NCBI GenBank assembly: GCA_910585285.1
Contig: CAJUDL010000014.1
Coordinates: forward strand, 2,174-66,173
Direction: 5' to 3'
Length of the DNA: 64,000 nucleotides
DNA from: an uncultured Muribaculaceae bacterium
Lineage (GTDB): Bacteria > Bacteroidota > Bacteroidia > Bacteroidales > Muribaculaceae
Shown: positions 40,295 through 50,243 of the stretch, one piece after another
How the letters are laid out: each line of letters opens with the position of its first letter
Numbering within the stretch: position 1 is the stretch's first letter
Notes under the pieces: model-generated
The model's database searches: none
Told to the model about the DNA's origin: nothing
What the model saw: only the letters and a program-made list of their open reading frames with translations
Position numbers and translations under genes: made by a program

Positions 40295-41536
40295 ATGAAT
40301 TATCCTTTATATCTCGCCAAACGATTGTCACTCTCCTCCGACAGCAGACACAGCTCCCCCGCTATCAAAGTAGCCGTCACAGCAGTGGCTTTGTCGGTAG
40401 CCATTATGCTTGCTGCAATTGCTATTGTGCTCGGTTTCAAACGCGAGATCCGCGATAAAGTGATAGGATTCAACTCACATATCACCCTGTATGCCATCCC
40501 TGCCGGATCGGAAGACACCAACCTGATCACGCTCACTCCAACCCTGAAAACAATACTCGACTCGCAGGATTACATCACCGATTATTCTCTTGAAGCTTCG
40601 ATCCCTGCAATACTCAAGACTCCGGATAATTTCAAGGGAGTATATCTCAAAAGCATGCGTGGCGAATCTTTGAAAAAATTCCTTGCCTCAAATATAGAGG
40701 AAGGAAAACTTCCAGATTATTCAAAGAAAGGGTCGGAAATGAAAATTGTCATCTCCCGCAAAGCAGCAGATCAGCTCAATCTCAAGGCAGGTGATAAAAT
40801 AGATACATATTTTATGTCGGGCTCCATTCGCGTTCGCCGTCTTGAGATTGCCGCCATATTCAATTCTCATTTCGACACTTACGATAATGTATTCATTTAT
40901 GGTGACCTTCCTCTAATCCAAAATCTCGGAGAGGTATCCCCGACACAAGGGACATCTCTTACAATAGCCACCGACAATTTCAATAATCTTGAAGAAAACG
41001 CGAATCATCTGACAGCCACCCTAAATGAAGCTCTTGCCTCAGGACTTTTATATAAATATTATCGCGTAGACAATGCCCTCAATCAGGGAGCCGGATATTT
41101 CAGATGGCTGTCATTACTCGATACCAATGTAATTGTGGTATTGGTGCTTATGACAATAGTGGCATGCGCCACGCTGATTTCGGGAATGCTTATTATAATA
41201 CTCGATAAAAAGAGTTTCATCGGTCTCATCCGTTCGATGGGAGCCACGATAAAAAACGTACGCCGAGTGTTCATCTACATGGCTGTTCGTGTGGCATTGA
41301 CCGGCTTGCTCATAGGAAATATCCTTATGTTAACCATTCTTTGGGCGCAAGACAAATGGCATTTCCTCCCTCTTGATGCCGATTCTTATTACATTGATTT
41401 CGTCCCAGTTGAAATCAACTGGCAATCAATCCTCATACTTAATACAGCAACAGTTGTAGTCATATATTTCTGTCTTATTCTTCCATCATGGTTTGTTGCA
41501 AAAATATCTCCAGCAGAGACAATGCGCTATGAATAA
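40295..41536 (+). CDS. LolC/E-like ABC transporter permease
   Basis: N-terminal TM plus GFK..I, periplasmic domain, FtsX-type C-terminal TMs ending ISPAETMRYE. Confidence 0.88.
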   Translation: MNYPLYLAKRLSLSSDSRHSSPAIKVAVTAVALSVAIMLAAIAIVLGFKREIRDKVIGFNSHITLYAIPAGSEDTNLITLTPTLKTILDSQDYITDYSLEASIPAILKTPDNFKGVYLKSMRGESLKKFLASNIEEGKLPDYSKKGSEMKIVISRKAADQLNLKAGDKIDTYFMSGSIRVRRLEIAAIFNSHFDTYDNVFIYGDLPLIQNLGEVSPTQGTSLTIATDNFNNLEENANHLTATLNEALASGLLYKYYRVDNALNQGAGYFRWLSLLDTNVIVVLVLMTIVACATLISGMLIIILDKKSFIGLIRSMGATIKNVRRVFIYMAVRVALTGLLIGNILMLTILWAQDKWHFLPLDADSYYIDFVPVEINWQSILILNTATVVVIYFCLILPSWFVAKISPAETMRYE

Positions 41537-41617
41537 CTGAAAAAAATGGGATTTTAAGTGTGACAATTTTGACGTAACTTCATATATAATATAGATTGTC
41601 CACTAAAAAGCTATCTG

Positions 41618-42106
41618 ATGACAGAAGAGGAATTCAAGACAAAGGTCATGCCATGCAGGCAACTGATGCTCGAAAGCGCATCGCGTCTGCTGCGCGACCG
41701 CGACGACATCCTTGACTGTCTGCAAGAAGCCCTTACATCTCTTTGGAAAAACCGTAGCTCATTAAGCGACGAATATAATATTCCGGCATATTGCATCACG
41801 ACGGTGAGACACGCCGCAATTTCAGTGATGCGCAGAAGAGCACGTTTTTCTGATGAAGATATCGGAAGTTTGAACCTTACGGAAGAATCGGATACGCTGG
41901 AAAATAAAGAAATGCTACGTATCGTTGCAGAAGGTTTAAATACACTTCCCGAAAAACAGAGAAAGGTAATCATGATGAATTCTCTCTCTGACATGACCGG
42001 CGAAGAGATAGCCAAAGCTACAGGAATGTCACAGACGAACATTCGCACCATTCTGTCGCGTGGAAGAAAAACCCTTAAAGAGTATTTAAAAAAGAATTAT
42101 GAATAA
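41618..42106 (+). CDS. ECF sigma factor
   Basis: DCLQEALTSLW (region 2), LPEKQR...EIA...LSRGRK (region 4). Confidence 0.88.
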   Translation: MTEEEFKTKVMPCRQLMLESASRLLRDRDDILDCLQEALTSLWKNRSSLSDEYNIPAYCITTVRHAAISVMRRRARFSDEDIGSLNLTEESDTLENKEMLRIVAEGLNTLPEKQRKVIMMNSLSDMTGEEIAKATGMSQTNIRTILSRGRKTLKEYLKKNYE

Positions 42107-42719
42107 ACAGGATAATGACAATAAAACCAAGCGGCACAACAGCCCACCGGAGCAGTTAATATCCGATGCCGAACTGGAAGAGTTTTTCTCCTCCACAATT
42201 CATAGGCTGGCAATAAAAACCCGATGGAGAAATATCCGTTTCACCGGTATATCTGTTGCGGCAGCTGTGCTCATTGTGTTTTTAGCATCTATTTATGTAG
42301 ACCGAATCGATCATACAGGCAACACCCATTCAGTCGCGGAATTTACACTGACGATGCCCGACACAATAGAGGAACAGTTACCGGTGGTTACCGACAAAAC
42401 GATTGACCGCCCCAATATCTCTGAGCGAAATCTAATTGCCGAAAGCAGCCTACCGGCTCCCCCCCCTCTGCCGCGACATACCTCCAACAGCGAAGCCTAT
42501 CATGAAGCATTGATAACAATGCAGAAAATCAAGAAAGAGATGAAAAATCTAAACCTTGGTAATTTCGACGACATGATGGACAACACTTCTCGGGATTATA
42601 AAGGAACGCTGCGAGATATTTCGCAGGGATACGACAATTCAATGCTTGAATTGAGACTTCTTCTTACAGACGCAATCAACCTTCAGGAAACAATATTAGA
42701 CAACAAAAACAAGAAATAA
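42099..42719 (+). CDS. Single-pass membrane protein, probable anti-sigma factor
   Basis: Overlaps the sigma gene; ISVAAAVLIVFL TM segment. Confidence 0.6.
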   Translation: MNKQDNDNKTKRHNSPPEQLISDAELEEFFSSTIHRLAIKTRWRNIRFTGISVAAAVLIVFLASIYVDRIDHTGNTHSVAEFTLTMPDTIEEQLPVVTDKTIDRPNISERNLIAESSLPAPPPLPRHTSNSEAYHEALITMQKIKKEMKNLNLGNFDDMMDNTSRDYKGTLRDISQGYDNSMLELRLLLTDAINLQETILDNKNKK

Positions 42720-42721
42720 TT

Positions 42722-43315
42722 ATGAAAACTTTAAAATCCATATTCCTCACCCTCCTCCTCGCTTTCGCCATTCCTGCATTTGCGAAAACCGATACAAAAA
42801 CAGATAACACAGCAAATGTAAATAACATTACTAAACCGATGTTTGCAAAAACCCAAGAGTGGGAAGGGTTTGATTATACCTATATGTCACCCTATATGTT
42901 GAATATGCTTAATAGCTCCGAAAACAAAGATACATTTCAAGGTTTCCCCATCTCCAAATTGAAAATGGTTGAAATGGTTAAAACCCAATTTAAAGGAAAG
43001 AAAGAAGGAATAAACAACCTAATTGACCGCCTGAAAAAAAGACAAATCGTGGATATTATTCCACTTGCTGGGAATGAAGAAATAGAAATATCAAAAGCAA
43101 TTGATACATCCAAACCGAACAAAACAATGGTTCCATTGTCAATAAAGCAAGGCGATAATAAAAGCATTGAACTATACATCGATCCCGTGGATAATTCAGA
43201 CGACAAGATTCAAAGGCTATTGATAATCAAACGGGAAAACTATAATAACGCCTTAACCGTCATCTATCTCGTTTGCGACCTGTCGCTCAACGAAATTCAA
43301 AACCTTGTCAAATAA
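42722..43315 (+). CDS. Exported protein, DUF4252-like
   Basis: Signal peptide, YTYMSPYML, VIYLVCDLSLNEIQNL; typical ECF-cluster partner. Confidence 0.55.
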   Translation: MKTLKSIFLTLLLAFAIPAFAKTDTKTDNTANVNNITKPMFAKTQEWEGFDYTYMSPYMLNMLNSSENKDTFQGFPISKLKMVEMVKTQFKGKKEGINNLIDRLKKRQIVDIIPLAGNEEIEISKAIDTSKPNKTMVPLSIKQGDNKSIELYIDPVDNSDDKIQRLLIIKRENYNNALTVIYLVCDLSLNEIQNLVK

Positions 43316-43412
43316 CTCATTCCCCATCTCTCCTCTCGTCTCTCCTTATCAATCCGGCTTCAACTTTCCCCAATTTCCAAGAAAGGAAACTTCAGGATTG
43401 CTTGCGGTAGGA

Positions 43413-43447
43413 TTTTACTTTATCGGACTGCGCCCGATAAAGTAAAA
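43413..43447. terminator. Hairpin, probable bidirectional terminator
   Basis: ttttactttatcgg-actgcgc-ccgataaagtaaaa between convergent genes. Confidence 0.65.
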
Positions 43448-43499
43448 AAGGTAAAATTGACACGTCTGAAAAAATTTGTATCAAACGATGCCTCAGATC

Positions 43500-43590
43500 G
43501 TAGCTGCTGTTGCTCGCAACTGCCGCCTCGCGGCAGAGAAGAGGAATTTTATCCCTTGTTTGTGCTGCAGTTGCGAGCAACCGCAGCTAC
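43500..43590. repeat. Inverted pair of GTAG-type REP-like palindromes (REPIN-like doublet)
   Basis: GTAGCTGCTGTTGCTCGCAACTGC on + (43500) and GTAGCTGCGGTTGCTCGCAACTGC on - (43590). Confidence 0.7.
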
Positions 43591-43677
43591 GTCTTGATAC
43601 GCACCTTAGAGGCGCATCAATTATCATTTAACATTTCCAAACTCCGTTCGGCAAATTAAAATTTACCTTTAGGCGAG

Positions 43678-44346
43678 TTAGAAATAACGGGTGATGCTTA
43701 CACTACCTCGACTTTCGCGGAACTTCAAACCATTAGTCATAAGGTTGGTCATACCTATCGTGCCATCTATATTGAAACTCCACATGCCGGAGAAAAAGGC
43801 AACACCTATTTTCCAACCACACTCTACCCTACGCTGATTCCCAAATTTTCCAAATAATGAAAATTCTTCAGCATCTAATTTCTTTTTATCATGAAACTTT
43901 ATATCTCCCGCAAATGCGTAACTAAGTTCCGGACCGGTAAAGGGAGCTATCGAAAGACGGTCTGACACTCCAATGCTGTAACCGGCGACGATGGGGATTC
44001 TGACACCTATCTTATAAATGGAGGGATCACTTTCCTCATAGTCATTACCGGCAACAATTAAATCTTTATAGGAATATGTATCATAGAACAATGAAACGGC
44101 AGGCTCAAGATAGAATTTATGTCCCAGATAAATGTTGCATACTGCACCAATAGTGCCTCCAGTGCCGGTGCGAAACATCTTGTCGTTTATTACATTGCTA
44201 TGAACCTTACCCGGCAAATTCACATCAAATGCAGCACGCACACCCCATGTCGGATTCCGCTCCCCATTCTCTATAATCTGAGCATCAGTAAAATTCGAGA
44301 AAAGAATGAGGAATGATGACAAAAGCAATAAAGACAGATATTTCAT
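43678..44346 (-). CDS. Small outer-membrane beta-barrel (PorT/porin-family-like)
   Basis: Signal peptide, WGVRA, IRIP..AGY pattern, C-terminal Phe. Confidence 0.75.
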   Translation of the reverse strand: MKYLSLLLLSSFLILFSNFTDAQIIENGERNPTWGVRAAFDVNLPGKVHSNVINDKMFRTGTGGTIGAVCNIYLGHKFYLEPAVSLFYDTYSYKDLIVAGNDYEESDPSIYKIGVRIPIVAGYSIGVSDRLSIAPFTGPELSYAFAGDIKFHDKKKLDAEEFSLFGKFGNQRRVECGWKIGVAFFSGMWSFNIDGTIGMTNLMTNGLKFRESRGSVSITRYF

Positions 44347-44427
44347 AATCAAGTGGTTTATAAGTAAGTCTACAAATAAATAACGCATCCAATATGATAA
44401 AAATTGTCTTCTTTTAGAGTGTGTTCC

Positions 44428-46509
44428 TTAAAGTCTCTTCATTTCCGCTTCGGATGCAGACGTGCCTTTATATGTGCTCTTTTGAGGCTGGAAATTATAG
44501 ATGATGTTTAGCAAGACACCCCGGCGGTCGTAACTCTGCCGCTTATCAACAAAAATGCCATTGGTATTCATGGTCCAGTCGTATTTTGCAGTATTGAATA
44601 TGTCGGTTACAGATAACTTTACTGTCAGTGTCTTGTTGAGAAACATCTTTCCTACCGAGGCATTCATTGTAAACCAACTTGCGCAGAATCGGTTTGTATG
44701 CATGTCGCCTTTGGAACTTCCATTCATGTTTGCCGTGATCATCCACCCTCGAGGCAAAGAGAATGTATTATCGAAATAATAAGAGAATATTGGCTTGTCG
44801 TATCTGTTATTGTCAAGTTTGAGCCACTGTCGATACATTCCTATTGTAACATTAGGTGTCCACCAACGTATCGGACTACTCCAAACGAGATAAAAATTTA
44901 ATGCTGAAACATTAATATTTACAGGATGCATGAGCAACTGGAGGTTATTTGCCGGATATAACTGCTTTACATAGGCATAACTATCGAACGAACGAGTGAA
45001 ATCAGCTTGAAGCATGAAACCTTTCCACATCCCGAACAACTGAACGTCATGCATCCGCTCATCTCGCAACATAGGATTACCACCTTCAATTTCATGCATG
45101 CCTACATAACTTAGCGAACCTGTCAACTGGGAATATGGAGGCTTGACTGTAGCCATTTTATAACTTAGACTGATTTGAGATTCATCGTTGATGGAGTAAG
45201 CGACAGATACATCAGGCGTGAGTAAATGGTCACGCCGACTAACGTTCTCATCACGCTTGTCGTCAACTTTGAAATCATAATCAACATATTCGTATCTTGC
45301 GCCTACCGCAATAGAAAACTTGCCTAACATGCGAGCCCATGATGCAAACAATGCGGCAGATGTCTGCCTTGCGTCTGTTAAAGAAGATTGTATGTACTCA
45401 CCCACTGTTACGTTCAGCATACGATAATCAAGAGAGGTATGTGTATAGCTATCCTGGGTTCCGACTGTAAAATCCCCATGCCCGAAGGGAAACCTCATAT
45501 AGAGCTTACCTGCCCATAACGTAGATTTACGCTCGTCCGTTGAATTGACATCTGGACTGATTGATTCCGGATAGGTTGTGACAACACTGTTATTGGCAAC
45601 AGACCTACGAAAGTCACCATCAAAATGAAGAATATACTTTTCAGCAAAAGTATCCTCATAATAGAGCGATGCAAGATGACTGTGAGCTCTTGTATGTTTA
45701 TAAATCTCCCTGTTGACTTCCGGATTTTTGTCAAGCCATTCCGTCCCGGAATTGTTAAAGTCGCCGCGCTCCGGATTATAACGGTAATATGCCCCTAACG
45801 ACCGGGAACCTTTGCCATAATTAAATCCACATTTTATAATGCCGGTTGTGGTTGGATAAGAGTTACGTTGACTCCCTCCTACTGCGGTTTCTTTTCCTTC
45901 AAATATGAGAGTATTGGTCGTTGCGCCTTCGGCTACCGAATTGTTATGGTTTATCATTCCATTTGCAAAAACCTCCCATTCTCTTACCCTATAAGCAAGT
46001 GTGAGGTTATCCAGCACAGACCATCTGCGACGACGATCAAGCAGAAACTGATTAGAAAAAGAAAGACCCTGCACAAAATTACGACGTGTCGTGATTTTCA
46101 ACACCGCTCCTGTGGTGCTGGCGTAAGCAGCACCAGGAGCCATAAGCAATTCCACTTTCTTCAGATTTGAAGAAAGTATCTGCTGCAATTCTTGTTCATC
46201 GCACATCTGTCGCCCGTCTATGTATATTTCGATATTGTTCTTGCCAATAATACTGACTTTGTTATCCTGCACTTTTATCATCGGCAGCTGTGCAAGCACA
46301 TCAAGAGCATTGCCAAGATTAGCGAGATTGGTGCCGGGGATTGTTGACACAAATGTTGAACCTACAAGTTTCGTGGCAGGCTGCTTTGCTGTAACTATAA
46401 CCTCTTGCAACTGACGAGTGAGGCTGTCTGCGACTTGCTCATCCCTTGCAGTCGCAGCTTCGATTGTTAGTACAGAGATAAGAAATGTTATAAATACTTT
46501 AACGTTCAT
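44428..46509 (-). CDS. Large outer-membrane beta-barrel protein with plug-like N-terminus
   Basis: LQEVIVTA, IYIDGR, GNPML, TDIFNT, C-terminal YNF...E.KRL. Confidence 0.8.
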   Translation of the reverse strand: MNVKVFITFLISVLTIEAATARDEQVADSLTRQLQEVIVTAKQPATKLVGSTFVSTIPGTNLANLGNALDVLAQLPMIKVQDNKVSIIGKNNIEIYIDGRQMCDEQELQQILSSNLKKVELLMAPGAAYASTTGAVLKITTRRNFVQGLSFSNQFLLDRRRRWSVLDNLTLAYRVREWEVFANGMINHNNSVAEGATTNTLIFEGKETAVGGSQRNSYPTTTGIIKCGFNYGKGSRSLGAYYRYNPERGDFNNSGTEWLDKNPEVNREIYKHTRAHSHLASLYYEDTFAEKYILHFDGDFRRSVANNSVVTTYPESISPDVNSTDERKSTLWAGKLYMRFPFGHGDFTVGTQDSYTHTSLDYRMLNVTVGEYIQSSLTDARQTSAALFASWARMLGKFSIAVGARYEYVDYDFKVDDKRDENVSRRDHLLTPDVSVAYSINDESQISLSYKMATVKPPYSQLTGSLSYVGMHEIEGGNPMLRDERMHDVQLFGMWKGFMLQADFTRSFDSYAYVKQLYPANNLQLLMHPVNINVSALNFYLVWSSPIRWWTPNVTIGMYRQWLKLDNNRYDKPIFSYYFDNTFSLPRGWMITANMNGSSKGDMHTNRFCASWFTMNASVGKMFLNKTLTVKLSVTDIFNTAKYDWTMNTNGIFVDKRQSYDRRGVLLNIIYNFQPQKSTYKGTSASEAEMKRL

Positions 46510-46652
46510 GTGAGTAAAATTTTTGCTACAAAATTACTCACCCAGCCCGCTAAACACCAAAATAAAAATCTGACATTAAATTTTACAATACACTTATAAT
46601 CAACTACATATAAATACACATCTCAAAATAATCTGACCAATTAAAAAACTGA

Positions 46653-47636
46653 TCAGAAAATAGCCATTATATCAGGATTTGAAACGCTCATTGACTCCTT
46701 AAAACGTGATTTAAGCCTTGATTTACGTTTATACACCACATCAACCGACTCCCCGAGCAGCAGACTAATGGTGCGTGTTGAAAGTCGGCTTGCAAGAAAC
46801 ACTAAAAGCATATAATCTTCATTCTTGATCTCCGGATAATTATTCTTTACTTTTACAAGAATGTTGTCTCGGCAATCATTAACTGCTTGCTCCATTTCCG
46901 AGAAAGAATCGGTACGGACCGATTCTATTTCACTTTTCACTTTGTCGACAATTGCTTTGCGCTCGGTCTTTGTGCCCTGCGATTCATAATATGTCTGGCA
47001 AAGTGAGTCAATAAGTGAAAAACGTTTCTCAAGCACTTCGTGAAGCTTTGTTTCCAGACGACTTACATCACTACGACTCGCCTCCATCTGATTCCTGAAT
47101 CCGGATGCTTCAGCCATCAAGGTTTCATTCCGCAATGATTGTATCTTCATTCGCTGACGCATCCACACAATAATTCCTGCGGCTATAAGCAAAGCAAGTA
47201 ATGCCACAAGCGTATATAATTCCCTTTGAGCACGTTCCTTATATAGAAGGAATTCTTTTTCTTTCTGCAGATAAAGAGCTGTGGCAAGAGGGTCAGTTTT
47301 ATCTGAAGAATGAAGCAATGCCTTCAGGTGAGATGCCTTTTTTAATTCATCTGCCGAATCATGTTGTCTGTAATAATCAATAGCAATATTGACTATTGTA
47401 TCTGTTGGAGCCTTAACTCTATTAACCACCATAGCCTCGCTATACAATAGTGCCCACCGAGCCATTGTAGCAGAATCCTGAAATTCCGACACATCCACTT
47501 CATTAAGTTTCGACAACGCTGCCGAAGGATCGCTTTGCATCAGACGCTGAGCTTCATCAAGAGCTTTAGGTTCCAGACTCGACACACTGCAGCCGGTAAT
47601 AACGAGCAGTATAATTATATAAAGCAGACTTCGCAT
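46653..47636 (-). CDS. Membrane-anchored regulator (lipoprotein signal, TM helix, C-terminal LuxR-like HTH)
   Basis: LLVITGC lipobox; TM LVALLALLIAAGIIVW; ISLLLGES..VVYKRKSRLK. Confidence 0.7.
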   Translation of the reverse strand: MRSLLYIIILLVITGCSVSSLEPKALDEAQRLMQSDPSAALSKLNEVDVSEFQDSATMARWALLYSEAMVVNRVKAPTDTIVNIAIDYYRQHDSADELKKASHLKALLHSSDKTDPLATALYLQKEKEFLLYKERAQRELYTLVALLALLIAAGIIVWMRQRMKIQSLRNETLMAEASGFRNQMEASRSDVSRLETKLHEVLEKRFSLIDSLCQTYYESQGTKTERKAIVDKVKSEIESVRTDSFSEMEQAVNDCRDNILVKVKNNYPEIKNEDYMLLVFLASRLSTRTISLLLGESVDVVYKRKSRLKSRFKESMSVSNPDIMAIF

Positions 47637-47660
47637 AAAACAATTTCAATAATTAATCGG

Positions 47661-50243
47661 TTATTTTCTGAGTGATATTGAGATAAGGAGTTCTCTGCCA
47701 CGGAGCCATCGCTGACTTTCGAAAGATGTGAGCTGATTATACGTCTTATAGTTATAAGTGCGTTGATTCAAGATGTTGGTCAACGCCGCTGAGAATTCCA
47801 GACGTTTGTTCAGTTTGTAGATGACTTTGGTATCAAACAGCACTACATTCTTGAAATTGTCGGAGGTAAGTTCGTTACGGTAATGCTCCGCGCTTACATG
47901 CCATTCCCATTTTTTATGCGGCATGATATTGAGCAATATCTCGTTCTCCATGCTACCAAGCCAAGAAGCCTTTGTGCCGTTCATTGCAAGCCGAGTCGAT
48001 GTCCAGTCGAAGCGGTAATCGAAACTTAGCCACCGTAATGGCGACCCATTTATCTTCGCACCAACCGACCATGAGGTTCCCACTGAATTGACCGATGTGT
48101 TTTCAGAGATAAGATGAGATTCCTGACGACTGAAAGAACCTTTTACATTCGCACTGCCCCGTATGAAATCAAGAGTTTTCCCAATATTTCCATTTGCCAT
48201 GAACATATGTCCCGAGCTCTTAGCCTGAGAATACGAATATACAACATAATCTCCATAAAGCTGTTGAACCATCGTATAAGGGTTGTGCGACCAAGATTGC
48301 ATGGCGAAAGCATTCGCAAACAAACCATAACGGGTATGCTTGTATGACAAACGTGCAGACACATTCTGCGAATTGGAACTATAGAAATCATCGACACCCC
48401 GTCTGAACGATCGATAATTTGTCATCACGTATCCGGGCTGGATAAGGCTCAGATCCATCGGAGATCGCCTTGATCCGCCATGAACAAACATAGAAAATCT
48501 GTTATTGGGCTTCCAGCTGATGCTGAGCGAAGGAGAGAAATAAACTTCACTCCGATTTGCAAGAGCCTTATCGAATGTGTAGTGAGCAAAACTTACCGGC
48601 GCATCAAGCGAAATATTAACACGCTTTATCCAGTATTCGAGCTTCGGCGTTACATACAATGTAAGATAATTCGTGTTCAATACATTGGTTGTTTCACCGG
48701 GTATGGCATCAGGCATATCGGGTAGTTCGGTGTTGAGTGTGCGGCAATATCCCTTTACACCACCCTCTAAACTCACAGTGATGCCTTTGACAGAAAACGC
48801 ATACGCAGCGCTTTCATGAGTATGAAAAGCATGGTCTCTTACATATTGATTCATCAATTCCCCATTCCCCATTTTCAATTCCAGATTCTGAGGAAGCGAT
48901 TCCCATTCATTTTGACTCAGGAAAGTAACTAAGTGCTTCCCTTTGAAACGCTTGATCAATTTAAAATCGTTGCCGACATAATAATCAGGAAAAGAAGCGG
49001 TCTGGTCGTTGGGCAAGGAACCGGCGACTCCCAGGCGCACATCATCCCAGTCAATATTGGTCTTAAGCGTATTGTTGATAAACGCTGTCTTCTGGTTCAG
49101 TTCATAAATAAACTTACCGGAGAGGGAATGAGAGCGGTCAACCCCGCTACGGTTTTCAGTAACAACGCGGTTGCCGTCGTTAAGGAAATAAGTGGTTATA
49201 TTCTGCGCAACAGCCTGCACACGGTTGAAGGAATAATCTATCTGTGTTTTGAATTCACCGCGCCCGAACTTCCAGAGGCTATTGGTCGAAGCGAGCACTG
49301 AACGATTGAAAAGAGTTCGTTTTCGGCTTAAGTTAGGCACCCCGGGCAATGAGACACTTACATATTGAGTAAGATCCGTTCCACGTCTCGAAGCAAAGAA
49401 ATCGGTTGCCTGTGACGAAAGATCTTCTCCGATATTGTTGGTTTTTAACGTTGTTATGTTCTGAAAATTCGGCATCACAGCCATCGCGAACACTTCACCA
49501 TCCCATATCCCGCCATCGGGTTGCCAACAATACCCTCCTCCGGCATCACCATGGATAGTCCAGGTAGCTTTCGCCTTGTTTTTGAGTTTCAGATTAATTG
49601 CGGCTTTGTCGGAGAAAGATATTCCTGACAACACCTGCAAAGGCTGATGGTTCTCCATCACCTCCACGGCACCCACATCTTCATGACTTATACCATTGGT
49701 GGCAATGCCATACTTTCCTCCCAACAAGTCGGAGCCTTCTATATAAAACTTATTGATATCCTCACCCTGATACTTTATCTTACCGGAACTCGCCACATCA
49801 ATACCCGGCATGCGTTTGAGCACATCACCGATGGAACGGTCCTGAGCCTGAGCAAAGGCACTGACACCATACGTGATAGTATCTCCCTGCTCCCGAATAC
49901 GATCCGACTTAACAGTGACTTCTTTCAGCAAAGTCGTGCCCGGCTCAAGAAGAACTGTCAGAGGAAATGAGACACTGTCGAGAGATATGGATTTCTTGGC
50001 AAAACTCATCATTGATACTTCCAGACGGCATCCCGAAACAGACGGAACCATCATTGCAAACCCTCCATCCTTTTTCGACGTTGCAAATTTCTTTATCTTT
50101 CCGTCTGCCCCCTTGACCATAACCGATGCTCCCGTTAGAGGCTCATTCTTCTCCTTGTCTAAAACCTTACCGGATACATTGACCTGAGCAATGGCTGTAG
50201 GAGCTGCAAGCAAACATAATATGTATGTGATAGATTGTTTCAT
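47661..50243 (-). CDS. Outer-membrane beta-barrel with carboxypeptidase-regulatory-like domain (TonB-dependent-like)
   Basis: VSGKVLD..EPL.GASV, GDTITY, DVLKRMPGI, VEVMENHQP, INLKLK. Confidence 0.82.
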   Translation of the reverse strand: MKQSITYILCLLAAPTAIAQVNVSGKVLDKEKNEPLTGASVMVKGADGKIKKFATSKKDGGFAMMVPSVSGCRLEVSMMSFAKKSISLDSVSFPLTVLLEPGTTLLKEVTVKSDRIREQGDTITYGVSAFAQAQDRSIGDVLKRMPGIDVASSGKIKYQGEDINKFYIEGSDLLGGKYGIATNGISHEDVGAVEVMENHQPLQVLSGISFSDKAAINLKLKNKAKATWTIHGDAGGGYCWQPDGGIWDGEVFAMAVMPNFQNITTLKTNNIGEDLSSQATDFFASRRGTDLTQYVSVSLPGVPNLSRKRTLFNRSVLASTNSLWKFGRGEFKTQIDYSFNRVQAVAQNITTYFLNDGNRVVTENRSGVDRSHSLSGKFIYELNQKTAFINNTLKTNIDWDDVRLGVAGSLPNDQTASFPDYYVGNDFKLIKRFKGKHLVTFLSQNEWESLPQNLELKMGNGELMNQYVRDHAFHTHESAAYAFSVKGITVSLEGGVKGYCRTLNTELPDMPDAIPGETTNVLNTNYLTLYVTPKLEYWIKRVNISLDAPVSFAHYTFDKALANRSEVYFSPSLSISWKPNNRFSMFVHGGSRRSPMDLSLIQPGYVMTNYRSFRRGVDDFYSSNSQNVSARLSYKHTRYGLFANAFAMQSWSHNPYTMVQQLYGDYVVYSYSQAKSSGHMFMANGNIGKTLDFIRGSANVKGSFSRQESHLISENTSVNSVGTSWSVGAKINGSPLRWLSFDYRFDWTSTRLAMNGTKASWLGSMENEILLNIMPHKKWEWHVSAEHYRNELTSDNFKNVVLFDTKVIYKLNKRLEFSAALTNILNQRTYNYKTYNQLTSFESQRWLRGRELLISISLRK

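Noticed and set aside
41618..43315. ECF sigma / membrane protein / DUF4252-like cluster as a novel system
   Set aside because: Common arrangement in Bacteroidetes; nothing unusual visible.
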